Source: Leptospirales bacterium (GTDB taxonomy: Bacteria > Spirochaetota > Leptospiria > Turneriellales > JAOUFE01). Taken from it: 15,942 nucleotides of DNA. The position numbers and the translations under genes were made by a program. Positions 7,961 through 15,942 of the stretch are shown in pieces. Within the stretch, counting starts at the first letter, position 1; every line of letters begins with the position of its first letter. The notes under the pieces are model-generated. The model ran no database searches. It was given only the letters and a program-made list of their open reading frames with translations, and was not told the origin of the DNA. Location of the stretch: the NCBI GenBank assembly GCA_040326155.1, contig JBEQLE010000024.1, forward strand, positions 4,860-20,801. Reading direction: 5' to 3'.

Positions 7961-9547
7961 ATGAAAAAGCAGATTATCATCGACAGGGGTCATTACGGAT
8001 TAAGGGCTATTGCGTGTAACCGTAAAATAACCAGTTTTTCATTTGGGGAAGGTGTATATTACCAGTTCACCTCGCAAAATTTCGAAGAGCAAACTATTGA
8101 AATGTGTGATTATATTCATCATCGATTTGAAGATGCTGAAGTTCATATCAATTTACCACCCGAAAAATTATTGATTCGAGAGTTCGACGTTCCTTTTACC
8201 GATAGAAAAAAAATTAAAGAATTAGTTCCGCATGAAATTGAATCTTTACTTCCATATGAAATGGATGAAGTGGTGTATGAGTACCGCAGTTTCGCTGATT
8301 ACAAAACTGGAATATCTAAAATAGTTACAGTCGCCTCGCCAAAAGATTTTGTTGTGAGTTATACGCAAGCTTTGGTTGAGCAAAATATTTCCATCAAAAG
8401 TATTTATGTGCCTATGGAGGGGTTATACCACCTGACGGGCATGATTGAAGAACCAAATGCAATTTATCTTATGGTGTCGCCCAGGGCTTCGCGTATACTG
8501 GTAATTCAAGATGGTAAATGGCAAACGTCTCGAGTTTTCCCTCTGGGGTATGATGTACTTGTGCGAAGACTTGCTTCTAGTTGGAAGCGCTCCGAAGAAG
8601 AGAGTAAAAATCTTTTATTGACAATTCCTGGAGAAGGCGGCGTCGAAGAAAATTCTGAATATATTCGTAAAAACTTTCGGCTTTCGAAAGCTCAGGTAAC
8701 GAATGTTGCCGAGACTATACAACAATATGGCGCAGAATTGGTACGTGAAATTCATAGAACGGTAGACTCGTTTCAATCTGAGGATAGCGAGAAAGAAGAT
8801 CTCATTATCTATTTAGCGACGGATATGGGAAATCAAATATTCCTGGAAAATCTTTTATCTCATAAACTTGGCTCTCCCGTGTATACATTTCCATATGATA
8901 GAACTCCGGTACATGTTGCCGGCAGAGAGTATTTTTTAGCCGCTGCTTCTGGAGTGGCCATAAGTTCGTCAAATGCGATGAATTTGTATACCAAAGATTT
9001 ACGAAAAAGCGTATCTACGGGAAAATCGAATATGCCCATAGCTCCCGTAGTTACGTTAGCCGTTGGACTTGTTTTTTTTATAGCTTCTTTTGCAATTGAC
9101 TTTTTTGTACAAAAAAAAGCGGCGGATGCTTTAAAACTCAGACAAAAGCAGGTGTTTCAACAATATTTTGGAGCAGAACCAACAGAAGACACGTCTTATA
9201 TTTCCCAGGCAACAGATAAACTTACGAAAGAACAATCAAAATCTGAAATATATAGAAAGTTTTTAAGTAAAGCAAAACTTCTGGTTTTAATACAAGGTCT
9301 GCAAGAATCTATCGAGACAATTAATGATATTGAAATTCGTAAAATTATTTATGCAAAAGAAGAGTTGAAATTACACGCAGAAACAGACTCATATGAGCAA
9401 TTAAGCCAGATACAGGCTATGGTTCAAAAGAATCCTGTATTTTCAAAGGTTGAACGTCAAAAAGAGTATGCTGTGCCGGGCAAAGACGGAACAAGTACAA
9501 GGGTTCGTTTTATTCTTGTTATGAAGCCGGTCCAAAAAATAAATTAA
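7961..9547 (+). CDS. gspL: Type II secretion protein GspL (PilM/actin-like cytoplasmic domain, TM helix and periplasmic domain)
   Basis: N-terminal IIIDRG strand, VPFTDRKKI...EIESLLPY and FPLGYD. A TM helix (APVVTLAVGLVFFIASFAI) is followed by a coiled coil and a ferredoxin-like C-terminal domain. It lies immediately after gspK. Confidence 0.8.
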   Translation: MKKQIIIDRGHYGLRAIACNRKITSFSFGEGVYYQFTSQNFEEQTIEMCDYIHHRFEDAEVHINLPPEKLLIREFDVPFTDRKKIKELVPHEIESLLPYEMDEVVYEYRSFADYKTGISKIVTVASPKDFVVSYTQALVEQNISIKSIYVPMEGLYHLTGMIEEPNAIYLMVSPRASRILVIQDGKWQTSRVFPLGYDVLVRRLASSWKRSEEESKNLLLTIPGEGGVEENSEYIRKNFRLSKAQVTNVAETIQQYGAELVREIHRTVDSFQSEDSEKEDLIIYLATDMGNQIFLENLLSHKLGSPVYTFPYDRTPVHVAGREYFLAAASGVAISSSNAMNLYTKDLRKSVSTGKSNMPIAPVVTLAVGLVFFIASFAIDFFVQKKAADALKLRQKQVFQQYFGAEPTEDTSYISQATDKLTKEQSKSEIYRKFLSKAKLLVLIQGLQESIETINDIEIRKIIYAKEELKLHAETDSYEQLSQIQAMVQKNPVFSKVERQKEYAVPGKDGTSTRVRFILVMKPVQKIN

Positions 9548-9558
9548 GGAAATTGGTT

Positions 9559-10068
9559 TTGAATTTAACTGGTAGAGAAGTAAAAGTTTTAATTGGTGGG
9601 GCGCTGTTTTTTGTAGTAACAGGCCTGTGGTTTGGCGGCAGATACGTATTTAATGCCATATCTGAGAATACAATTGAGAAGAATCAATTGAAAAATCAGG
9701 AACATGAAATCGAAAAACTCGGAATAGAGTATCAACATTTGAAAGGTTTAAAGGCGGGTAATAAGATCGATCTCGACCGCATGAACGTAATTATTGAAAC
9801 TCTGCTTAAACAACATGGCTTTGCTGAAAGTGCAAAGACGAACCCGACAGACAACAGGATAGAACAAAGATACAAAAAACGTACTATGCGTATTCAAATT
9901 CCTGAAACAAATGCAATAGAGATATTAAGTTTTATAAATGATATTGAAAATTTTAGAGAAATACCTATGGTAATTGACAATTTTTCAATGAGTCCTATAT
10001 TGAAAAAAGTGGGAATGTACCGAGTGAATATGACTATTTCATCGTTTCAAGATGAATCAAAGAGCTAA
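9559..10068 (+). CDS. gspM: Type II secretion protein GspM-like
   Basis: The NLTGREVKVL start resembles the GspM 'L..RER' motif and is followed by one TM helix, a coiled coil and a C-terminal domain with 'ILSFINDIE'. TTG at 9559 is better spaced from AAGGA (9546-9550) than TTG at 9553. Synteny K-L-M. Confidence 0.68.
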   Translation: MNLTGREVKVLIGGALFFVVTGLWFGGRYVFNAISENTIEKNQLKNQEHEIEKLGIEYQHLKGLKAGNKIDLDRMNVIIETLLKQHGFAESAKTNPTDNRIEQRYKKRTMRIQIPETNAIEILSFINDIENFREIPMVIDNFSMSPILKKVGMYRVNMTISSFQDESKS

Positions 10069-10071
10069 ATT

Positions 10072-10998
10072 GTGGAACACGAAGAAGAACTATTAAACAA
10101 TGAAGATGACGGGTTTACCGTTGACGCAGAATTAACCGTATCGATTTTTGATCGGGTTCGAAAATACCTGGCGTTTTTTAGCGTCGGACTGATTTCTTTA
10201 ATAATAGGCGCAGTCCTTTTTTTCCCGACAAAAAAAATACCCGCTTATCTATTTTATCTGCTGCGAGATTCCGGCATTAATGTTAATACCGAGCAGGCCA
10301 CTTTTTCCATTCTAGGTGATTTTCAAGTTGATAAACTTCAATACCTGGCAAGTCGGTCCACTCGTCTCGAAGACTTATCCATTACTCAGATTGAAGGAAA
10401 TATATCGTTAAGCGATTATATCTTTTCGGAAAAAATTGTAGCTACATTTTCAGCCATTGGTGTGAGAGTTGATTTTGGTAAAAAAGGTTCTTTGGGTGGC
10501 GGGCAGTACTCGGGTTCTATTGATCTAAATAATATAAATAAACCGCTTAGTGAAAGAGTTGGGAATATCTCACTTCAAATAAAGAATACCGGTTTAATGG
10601 TTCATGCCATTGGAACAAATTTCAGTTTTTCAATCAATAACGGAGAAATTGCCGGTGAGTTAAAGTTGGGTACTTTTCATCTAACACAGGGCAAAGTGGA
10701 AACGAGATCAGGTACCATACTCATTCAAGGCACAGTTGGATTTTCGGGGCAACAAGCTCTGAATTTAAAACTGATTGTAACTCCCAATGAAAATTTTTAT
10801 ACCAAAAGTGAGATGCTTACGAAAGAATCATTAGAATTCATGAAGGCTTTGCAACCCGATGGAACCATCCATATAAAAATTACAGGCAATATGAACAACC
10901 CCATTGTTAACATTGAAAAAGCTGCCGTTATGGAAAACCAAGGCAACCCTCGCGCCAATACTCCTGGTGGAGCGCCCGTTTTAGGCTCCCAGCGTTAA
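10072..10998 (+). CDS. gspN: Type II secretion protein GspN-like (single TM plus beta-rich periplasmic domain)
   Basis: TM helix ending in FFP, a beta-rich body, and C-terminal IKITGNMNNP (the 'i.GT...P' ending of GspN/AsmA-like proteins). Position after gspM. Confidence 0.62.
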   Translation: MEHEEELLNNEDDGFTVDAELTVSIFDRVRKYLAFFSVGLISLIIGAVLFFPTKKIPAYLFYLLRDSGINVNTEQATFSILGDFQVDKLQYLASRSTRLEDLSITQIEGNISLSDYIFSEKIVATFSAIGVRVDFGKKGSLGGGQYSGSIDLNNINKPLSERVGNISLQIKNTGLMVHAIGTNFSFSINNGEIAGELKLGTFHLTQGKVETRSGTILIQGTVGFSGQQALNLKLIVTPNENFYTKSEMLTKESLEFMKALQPDGTIHIKITGNMNNPIVNIEKAAVMENQGNPRANTPGGAPVLGSQR

Positions 10999-11361
10999 AT
11001 TTACATTTTGTTGAAGTAGAAAATACAATACTACGATAAACACAAAGGCAAGCAGAGAATAGATCGCCCAGCGAAAAAGAGTGCGACCCATACGTAATAA
11101 GTAAAAAATTACAAAACTTTTGGCACGGCTACCTTTGTTGTTGTTTTTTATTTCGAATAAATAAATCAAACGGTTCTTTCGAAAAGCTCCGTAAAATATT
11201 AAAAAAATAAATGTAAGTAGTATTAACCAGCCAGCTGGCATGATAATCGATTCGTAATACAACAAGACTGGTAAAAGAACAAGATTACCGATTAGAAAAC
11301 TTGCAACAATCAGGTAAAGTGTAATTTGTAACAGGAAACGTATTTTACTGGTTCGGTTCAT
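10981..11361 (-). CDS. Hypothetical membrane protein, about 3 TM helices
   Basis: Three hydrophobic segments with a basic loop. ATGA overlap (11358-11361) with the upstream gene. Confidence 0.7.
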   Translation of the reverse strand: MNRTSKIRFLLQITLYLIVASFLIGNLVLLPVLLYYESIIMPAGWLILLTFIFLIFYGAFRKNRLIYLFEIKNNNKGSRAKSFVIFYLLRMGRTLFRWAIYSLLAFVFIVVLYFLLQQNVNLTLGA

Positions 11362-12401
11362 TGCATAAAGTAGAAATAAGCGAGGAACAAGCCGAGTACT
11401 AAAGCGATACCTAAAGAGCCAATCAGCTGCATGCTCATTCCGTCAGATTTTTTTTCTTTTTTTGCTTTTTTCTTAGATGACGATGAAAGAGGCATTTTGC
11501 CCAAATCTTCGTTGAACCCGGATTTTGACGAAGCTTCGGCGGTTTTTGTCGGCTTTTCGAGCAGTTTACCCATATCTTTATTTGGGTTGTAGAGTCGTAC
11601 CAGGACTTTTTCTTCTTCGAGAACCTGGCCATATATATCATCTTTAAAATGGACGGTTACCTGGATACCATTGTCTTTATCTTTTTTACTTACAATGGTA
11701 GCAACCACAGATTTATAACCACCTTCGGGTTTTTTCAGTTTCCATGCGTCAATGTAATAATTTTCACGAGATCCGCGAGCAGGTATTGTAACTAATATTT
11801 TATCGCCTTTGGAAAGTTCGGTAACCAATTTACCACCAACGGGAGCTAACACAAGTTTAACAGCAACAACCTGCATCTCTTTTTTTTCTTCTGCGGGTTT
11901 ATCCTCTGTTTCTGTTTCTGTTTCTGTTTCCCGAGCTCTACCAGATTCAATTTCTTGCGCATCAATATTCACAATCTTCATTTCCGTTTCGGCCAGTTCG
12001 TCGAGAAGTGACTTTCGAAAAAGTTCGGTCAAAGTGTTCTCCACTTGTTCCGTTTTATTTTTTACAAGGTCTTCTACGAAGTCACCAACAAATTCTTCCT
12101 TACGGGTTTCAAATCGAATGGCGCTTTGCATATCCATTGAAATCGTTTCAGCGTAGTTGCCGCCATATTTATAATCTTCAATTTTATGTTCGAATTCATA
12201 CCAGGCATCCTGCATGGTAATCTGGTGAATATCCGAATATATAGAGAAAGCAATGCTAGAGTTTTCAACAAAATTTTTATTTTTGTCTACTAACAATGTA
12301 AACAGTCCAAAATAATTATGCTTTTTTGAGGTGATCTTTCCGTAAATGGAGAACCATGGTTTTTGTTCATCATTTGGTAAAGAATTGTTATTATCAGTCA
12401 T
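11358..12401 (-). CDS. Hypothetical protein with a single C-terminal TM anchor
   Basis: 347-aa ORF with no signal peptide. An N-terminal domain is followed by an ET-repeat linker, a beta-rich domain (LVLAPVGGKLVTELSKGDKILV), a Lys-rich stretch and a terminal hydrophobic helix. Confidence 0.8.
   Translation of the reverse strand: MTDNNNSLPNDEQKPWFSIYGKITSKKHNYFGLFTLLVDKNKNFVENSSIAFSIYSDIHQITMQDAWYEFEHKIEDYKYGGNYAETISMDMQSAIRFETRKEEFVGDFVEDLVKNKTEQVENTLTELFRKSLLDELAETEMKIVNIDAQEIESGRARETETETETEDKPAEEKKEMQVVAVKLVLAPVGGKLVTELSKGDKILVTIPARGSRENYYIDAWKLKKPEGGYKSVVATIVSKKDKDNGIQVTVHFKDDIYGQVLEEEKVLVRLYNPNKDMGKLLEKPTKTAEASSKSGFNEDLGKMPLSSSSKKKAKKEKKSDGMSMQLIGSLGIALVLGLFLAYFYFMQ
11905..11930 (-). repeat. 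6-bp microsatellite (TCTGTT)x4.3 encoding ETETETETE
   Basis: TCTGTT at 11905, 11911, 11917 and 11923, then TC. It is in frame in the 347-aa ORF. Confidence 0.85.
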
Positions 12402-12507
12402 TTTGTTGACGGTTACCCTTGGTTACCCACTGTGTCAATAAAGAAAATAGTACACATATCAAGAATTTACACTTTTACTTATATCGTTTGAATTATCAGG
12501 AGTTTCA
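12402..12507. promoter_or_regulatory. Divergent promoter region with a GGTTACCC direct repeat, a minus-strand TTGACA and the mscS ribosome-binding site AGGAG (12498-12502)
   Basis: GGTTACCC at 12411-12418 and 12421-12428. TGTCAA at 12433-12438 reads TTGACA on the minus strand. AGGAG lies 5 nt before the ATG at 12508. Confidence 0.5.
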
Positions 12508-14229
12508 ATGAGACGAAATACATATTTATTAATAATTACCATAGTGGCATTTGCCATGACATCGAATCGGGCCTGGGCTGATTCTTGTGAGTCGCCGCGA
12601 GACTCTATGCGGACTTTAATTGTAAATATGAATTTACACTTGCAATTGGTGAAAGCTAAGAAAGTGGAGGAATCAGAAAAAGCGCTTCAAAAAGCGATGA
12701 CCTGCTTCGATCTGGAGGCTTTTCCTTTTTTCTGGCGGTCTAAAGCCGGAAAAGAGTCCGCTTATTTAATATTAGAGACTATGCATCGTTCGTGGGTTCT
12801 GGATTGGAAAAAAATTCCGGGCCGACAAGAGCTTTTGGAACTGACAAATTTGACTCAATGGTATATACCAAATACAAAAATCGATATGGTCCTTATACAA
12901 GAAGGGGAACGCAAAAAGCAGTTTTTAATATCGACGGATGCTCTTTTAAATATTCACAGTTATTACACCCTGGTGAAAGACCAGCCGTATCTTACTGATT
13001 TTGCAGGTACCGGTTACGTTGAGCCTGCATATCATAAATATATTTCAGGATGGGCCAAAGTAAGTGTGTTTGGAATTCTCAGTTGGCAGTGGATTATTTT
13101 ACTTTTAATTTTAGTTGTCGGTTATATGACAAAACCGATTTTGCGCAAAATAATTCTTTCTATTGAAGGTCGCATTTATCGTTTAATTGTAAAAGAAGAA
13201 ATAAAAGAAAAAACAGGGCTTGGCGCTCCGTTGACGAATATGGCTCTAGTTGGCATTTATTATATAAGCCTCTATGTTTTACGATTGGAGGGCGGTACGT
13301 TAAAGCTGTTTGGATTTATTTTGCAACTGTTTTTTAGTGGTCTTATTGTCTGGTTTGCTTTTCGGTTGTCAGGTTTCGTAAAATATTTTGCAGACAATCA
13401 TTTAGGAAAGAACACGGATTTAGACCCGCATATGTTTCGAATGCTGGTGAAAATAAGCAAAGCATTTGTAGTTGTAATTGGAATACTGGTGGCTATACAT
13501 AATGCAGGTATTAATGTTGTTTCTCTAATGGCTGGTCTTGGTCTGGGAGGTCTTGCTCTGGCTTTGGCGGCAAAAGATACCGCAGCGAATTTCTTTGGTT
13601 CGCTTATGATTATGATGGACCGTCCTTTTAAAGTCGGTGACTGGGTCGCGTTGCCCGGCGCAGAAGGAGATGTGGAAGATATAGGTATTCGTTCCACGAA
13701 AATTCGGACATTTTACAACTCAATTATTTCGGTTCCAAATTCGGTTATGGCGTATGAAAAAATTGATAATATGGGGCTTCGCGAATACCGAAGGGTTAAA
13801 GTTTATCTGGGTATAACTTACGACTCTTCACCTGAAAAAATTGAAATATTCCTGGAAGGGCTAAAGAAAATTATCCAGGCCAACCCGACGTCTAAAAAAG
13901 ACGGTTTTCATGTGGTGTTTAATGACTTTGGTCCGTCCAGCCTCGATATCTTGTTGTACTTTTTTTTAAAAGTGCCAGACTGGTCCGCAGAATTAATCGA
14001 GAGGCAAAATATATTCTTAGAGATTCTGAGACTGGCCAAAGAGGTCGGTGTTGATTTTGCATATCCGTCTCAATCTATATATATGGAAAAACCGGGTAAG
14101 AGTGATAAAAAAAAGAATGCGACTGAAATGAAAAAATGGAAAAAACAAGCCGAAGAGTTTGGTCCTGAAGGTAAAAACAGTCGGCCGAGCGGCTCTGGAA
14201 TTTATACCCCTGTTTACCTTGAAGATTGA
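12508..14229 (+). CDS. MscS-family mechanosensitive channel, long form with an N-terminal exported domain and extra TM helices
   Basis: Pore helix AGLGLGGLALALAAKDTAANFFG, then DRPFKVGDW, GDVEDIGIRSTKIRT, SVPNS and VDFAYPSQ. Signal peptide ending RAWA|D. Confidence 0.95.
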   Translation: MRRNTYLLIITIVAFAMTSNRAWADSCESPRDSMRTLIVNMNLHLQLVKAKKVEESEKALQKAMTCFDLEAFPFFWRSKAGKESAYLILETMHRSWVLDWKKIPGRQELLELTNLTQWYIPNTKIDMVLIQEGERKKQFLISTDALLNIHSYYTLVKDQPYLTDFAGTGYVEPAYHKYISGWAKVSVFGILSWQWIILLLILVVGYMTKPILRKIILSIEGRIYRLIVKEEIKEKTGLGAPLTNMALVGIYYISLYVLRLEGGTLKLFGFILQLFFSGLIVWFAFRLSGFVKYFADNHLGKNTDLDPHMFRMLVKISKAFVVVIGILVAIHNAGINVVSLMAGLGLGGLALALAAKDTAANFFGSLMIMMDRPFKVGDWVALPGAEGDVEDIGIRSTKIRTFYNSIISVPNSVMAYEKIDNMGLREYRRVKVYLGITYDSSPEKIEIFLEGLKKIIQANPTSKKDGFHVVFNDFGPSSLDILLYFFLKVPDWSAELIERQNIFLEILRLAKEVGVDFAYPSQSIYMEKPGKSDKKKNATEMKKWKKQAEEFGPEGKNSRPSGSGIYTPVYLED

Positions 14230-15941
14230 TCGTTGCCAAATATTTCGCGTGGTTTTGAACCAATCTGGGGACCAATATACCCTCGCGCTTCAAACGCCTC
14301 AATCAGCCTCGCTGCGCGATTATAACCGATTCTCAGGCGTCTTTGCAGGTAGCTGGCAGAAGCTTTGTTGCTTTCTATAATTATGTTCCAGGCATCTTCA
14401 AAAAGCTGCTCATCTTCCATTTCCAGCTCACCCAGGTTTGACCTTGGGTCTTCAAGGGTAATATAAGAAGGTTTTCCGCTTTTTTTTGTCAACTCTACAA
14501 CCTCTTCGACTTCATGGTCTTTCACAAGAGGGGCCTGGGCTCGAATAAGCTGACCTTTCGAAGGATGTTTAAACAACATGTCGCCTTGCCCTAATAACTG
14601 CTCTCCACCATTTCCATCTAAAATGGTGCGTGAGTCTGTTTTTTGCGCCACCTGCAATGCAATTCGGGCGGGGCAGTTTGCCTTAATTAAAGCTGTAATG
14701 ACATCTACAGAAGGACGCTGGGTGGCTAAAATAAGATGGATTCCTACAGCACGGGCTTTTTGGGAGAGACGTATGATCGAGTGTTCCACATCTTTTCCGG
14801 CAACCATCATTAAATCGCCCAGCTCATCAATTAAAATTACAATATAGGGCATCGGTGTAATTTGCATCTCTGCTTTTTTTCGTTTAGAGTTAAATTCTTT
14901 GGCTTTCTCGTTAAAAGAGCTAATGTCACGGGCGCGTAGTTCGGCCATATCTTCATATCGTCTTTCCATCTCTTCTACGGCCCAGTTTAAAGCCGCGACC
15001 GCTTTTTGTGAATCGACAATGACCGGGTGAAGCAGGTGGGGTATGTCATTATAATGCGAAAGTTCAACCAGTTTCGGATCGACGAGCAATAGTCGAACTT
15101 CTTCCGGTGTTTTATTGATAATCAAGCTGGTAATAAATGAATTTACACAAACTGATTTTCCAGAGCCCGTAGCTCCTGCAATTAGCAGGTGAGGCATTTT
15201 ACATAGATCTTCTATAATAAGTTTACCGGCAATGTCTTTACCTAAGGGCAGGGGCAGGCTGCCTGTAAAATTTTTATACTCATCGGTATTAAGGATATCT
15301 CCAAGTAAAACGGTCTGTCGTTTTTTGTTGGGTATTTCTATACCTATAGTGGATCGCCCAGGTATGGGAGCTTCAATGCGAACCCGAATGGCTTCCAATG
15401 CCATGGCAAGTTCATCGCTTAAATTCAAAATGCGGTTTACTTTAATTCCACCGGGAATTTTCAGCTCGTAACGAGTAATAATCGGTCCTCTTTGAATTCC
15501 AATTACACGCGCTTCAATACCAAATTCTTCCAGAGTGGATTCTAACAGATCGATAATTTTTGCGTCTTGTTCCGGATCTTCAAAGAGTTCTGACTTCGCA
15601 CTGGTTTCCAGCATGCGATAGGGAATCTGAATTTGGCGATGGATATTAACCTTTGGCGTTACGGAAGAACGGTGATGTACTAAATCGTGTGTATCATTCT
15701 TTTGTGTAAAAACCGATTTTTCGGGACTAACTTCACTGTCCGGTTGCGACACAATCGGTTCAAGCAGCTTCGACTCTTCTTCAGGAATTTCTATTTCGTA
15801 TTTTTCGGGTTGATCTTCGTCAGAAAATATTTCATCTATTTCGTTGGCAATTTCAGATTCTTCCCAGACGGAAGCCTTAACCGGCTCACTTGTTTGGTGA
15901 TGACCGAGAGTGGAATTATTTAATCGGTACTCCAGCGAGTC
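14214..15941 (-). CDS. ftsK: DNA translocase FtsK/SpoIIIE (5' truncated by the window edge)
   Basis: Walker A HLLIAGATGSGKS, Walker B IVILIDELGDLMM, ATQRPS, LLGQGDML and gamma domain ASASYLQRRLRIGYNRAARLIE. The frame stays open upstream of the 15752 GTG to the window end (acidic linker), so the real start lies outside. Confidence 0.96.
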   Translation of the reverse strand, partial: DSLEYRLNNSTLGHHQTSEPVKASVWEESEIANEIDEIFSDEDQPEKYEIEIPEEESKLLEPIVSQPDSEVSPEKSVFTQKNDTHDLVHHRSSVTPKVNIHRQIQIPYRMLETSAKSELFEDPEQDAKIIDLLESTLEEFGIEARVIGIQRGPIITRYELKIPGGIKVNRILNLSDELAMALEAIRVRIEAPIPGRSTIGIEIPNKKRQTVLLGDILNTDEYKNFTGSLPLPLGKDIAGKLIIEDLCKMPHLLIAGATGSGKSVCVNSFITSLIINKTPEEVRLLLVDPKLVELSHYNDIPHLLHPVIVDSQKAVAALNWAVEEMERRYEDMAELRARDISSFNEKAKEFNSKRKKAEMQITPMPYIVILIDELGDLMMVAGKDVEHSIIRLSQKARAVGIHLILATQRPSVDVITALIKANCPARIALQVAQKTDSRTILDGNGGEQLLGQGDMLFKHPSKGQLIRAQAPLVKDHEVEEVVELTKKSGKPSYITLEDPRSNLGELEMEDEQLFEDAWNIIIESNKASASYLQRRLRIGYNRAARLIEAFEARGYIGPQIGSKPREIFGNDQSSR

Positions 15942-15942
15942 T

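Noticed and set aside
7961..9547. Annotation as cell-division FtsA or type IV pilus PilM
   Set aside because: It has a TM helix and periplasmic domain and sits between gspK and gspM, which fits GspL.
15246..15253. KOPS-like octamer GGGCAGGG inside ftsK
   Set aside because: Only one occurrence was noticed, it is explained by Leu-Pro codons, and strand skew cannot be assessed in one window.
14214..15752. Stand-alone FtsK-like ATPase of an ICE or type VII system starting at 15752
   Set aside because: The frame continues to the window edge, the gamma domain is present and there are no mobile-element genes nearby. It is ordinary chromosomal ftsK.
3559..15923. Remaining short ORFs in the track (e.g. 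5087-5446, 11809-12156, 13398-13697, 14578-14847, 15687-15923)
   Set aside because: All lie within or opposite well-supported genes and show no independent coding signal.

Overview
This is a gene-dense, AT-rich bacterial chromosomal window with no mobile elements, CRISPR array or RNA genes. The gene set (LpxD, plant-type threonine synthase, long PilM-like GspL, GspN) suggests a diderm, LPS-producing bacterium, possibly a Leptospirales-like spirochaete (inference). From left to right: (i) the 3' end of a + strand gene ending in a (Glu-Thr-Pro)x6 tandem repeat; (ii) a minus-strand envelope cluster pssA - glycine-zipper protein - lpxD - ruvX/yqgF; (iii) a tightly packed + strand run thrC - cystathionine gamma-synthase - cysteine synthase - gspK - gspL - gspM - gspN; (iv) two translationally coupled minus-strand hypothetical membrane proteins; (v) a long MscS channel; (vi) the 3' part of ftsK, which runs off the window. 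The most notable observation is the three-gene PLP-enzyme cluster. The threonine synthase and cystathionine gamma-synthase both carry plant-type signatures, and the cysteine synthase has the basic residue associated with O-phosphoserine use. This suggests an acylation-independent Thr/Met/Cys pathway built on O-phospho-amino acids, with the plant-style branch point encoded in one bacterial operon. That operon runs with no room for a terminator into a detached gspKLMN T2SS segment.
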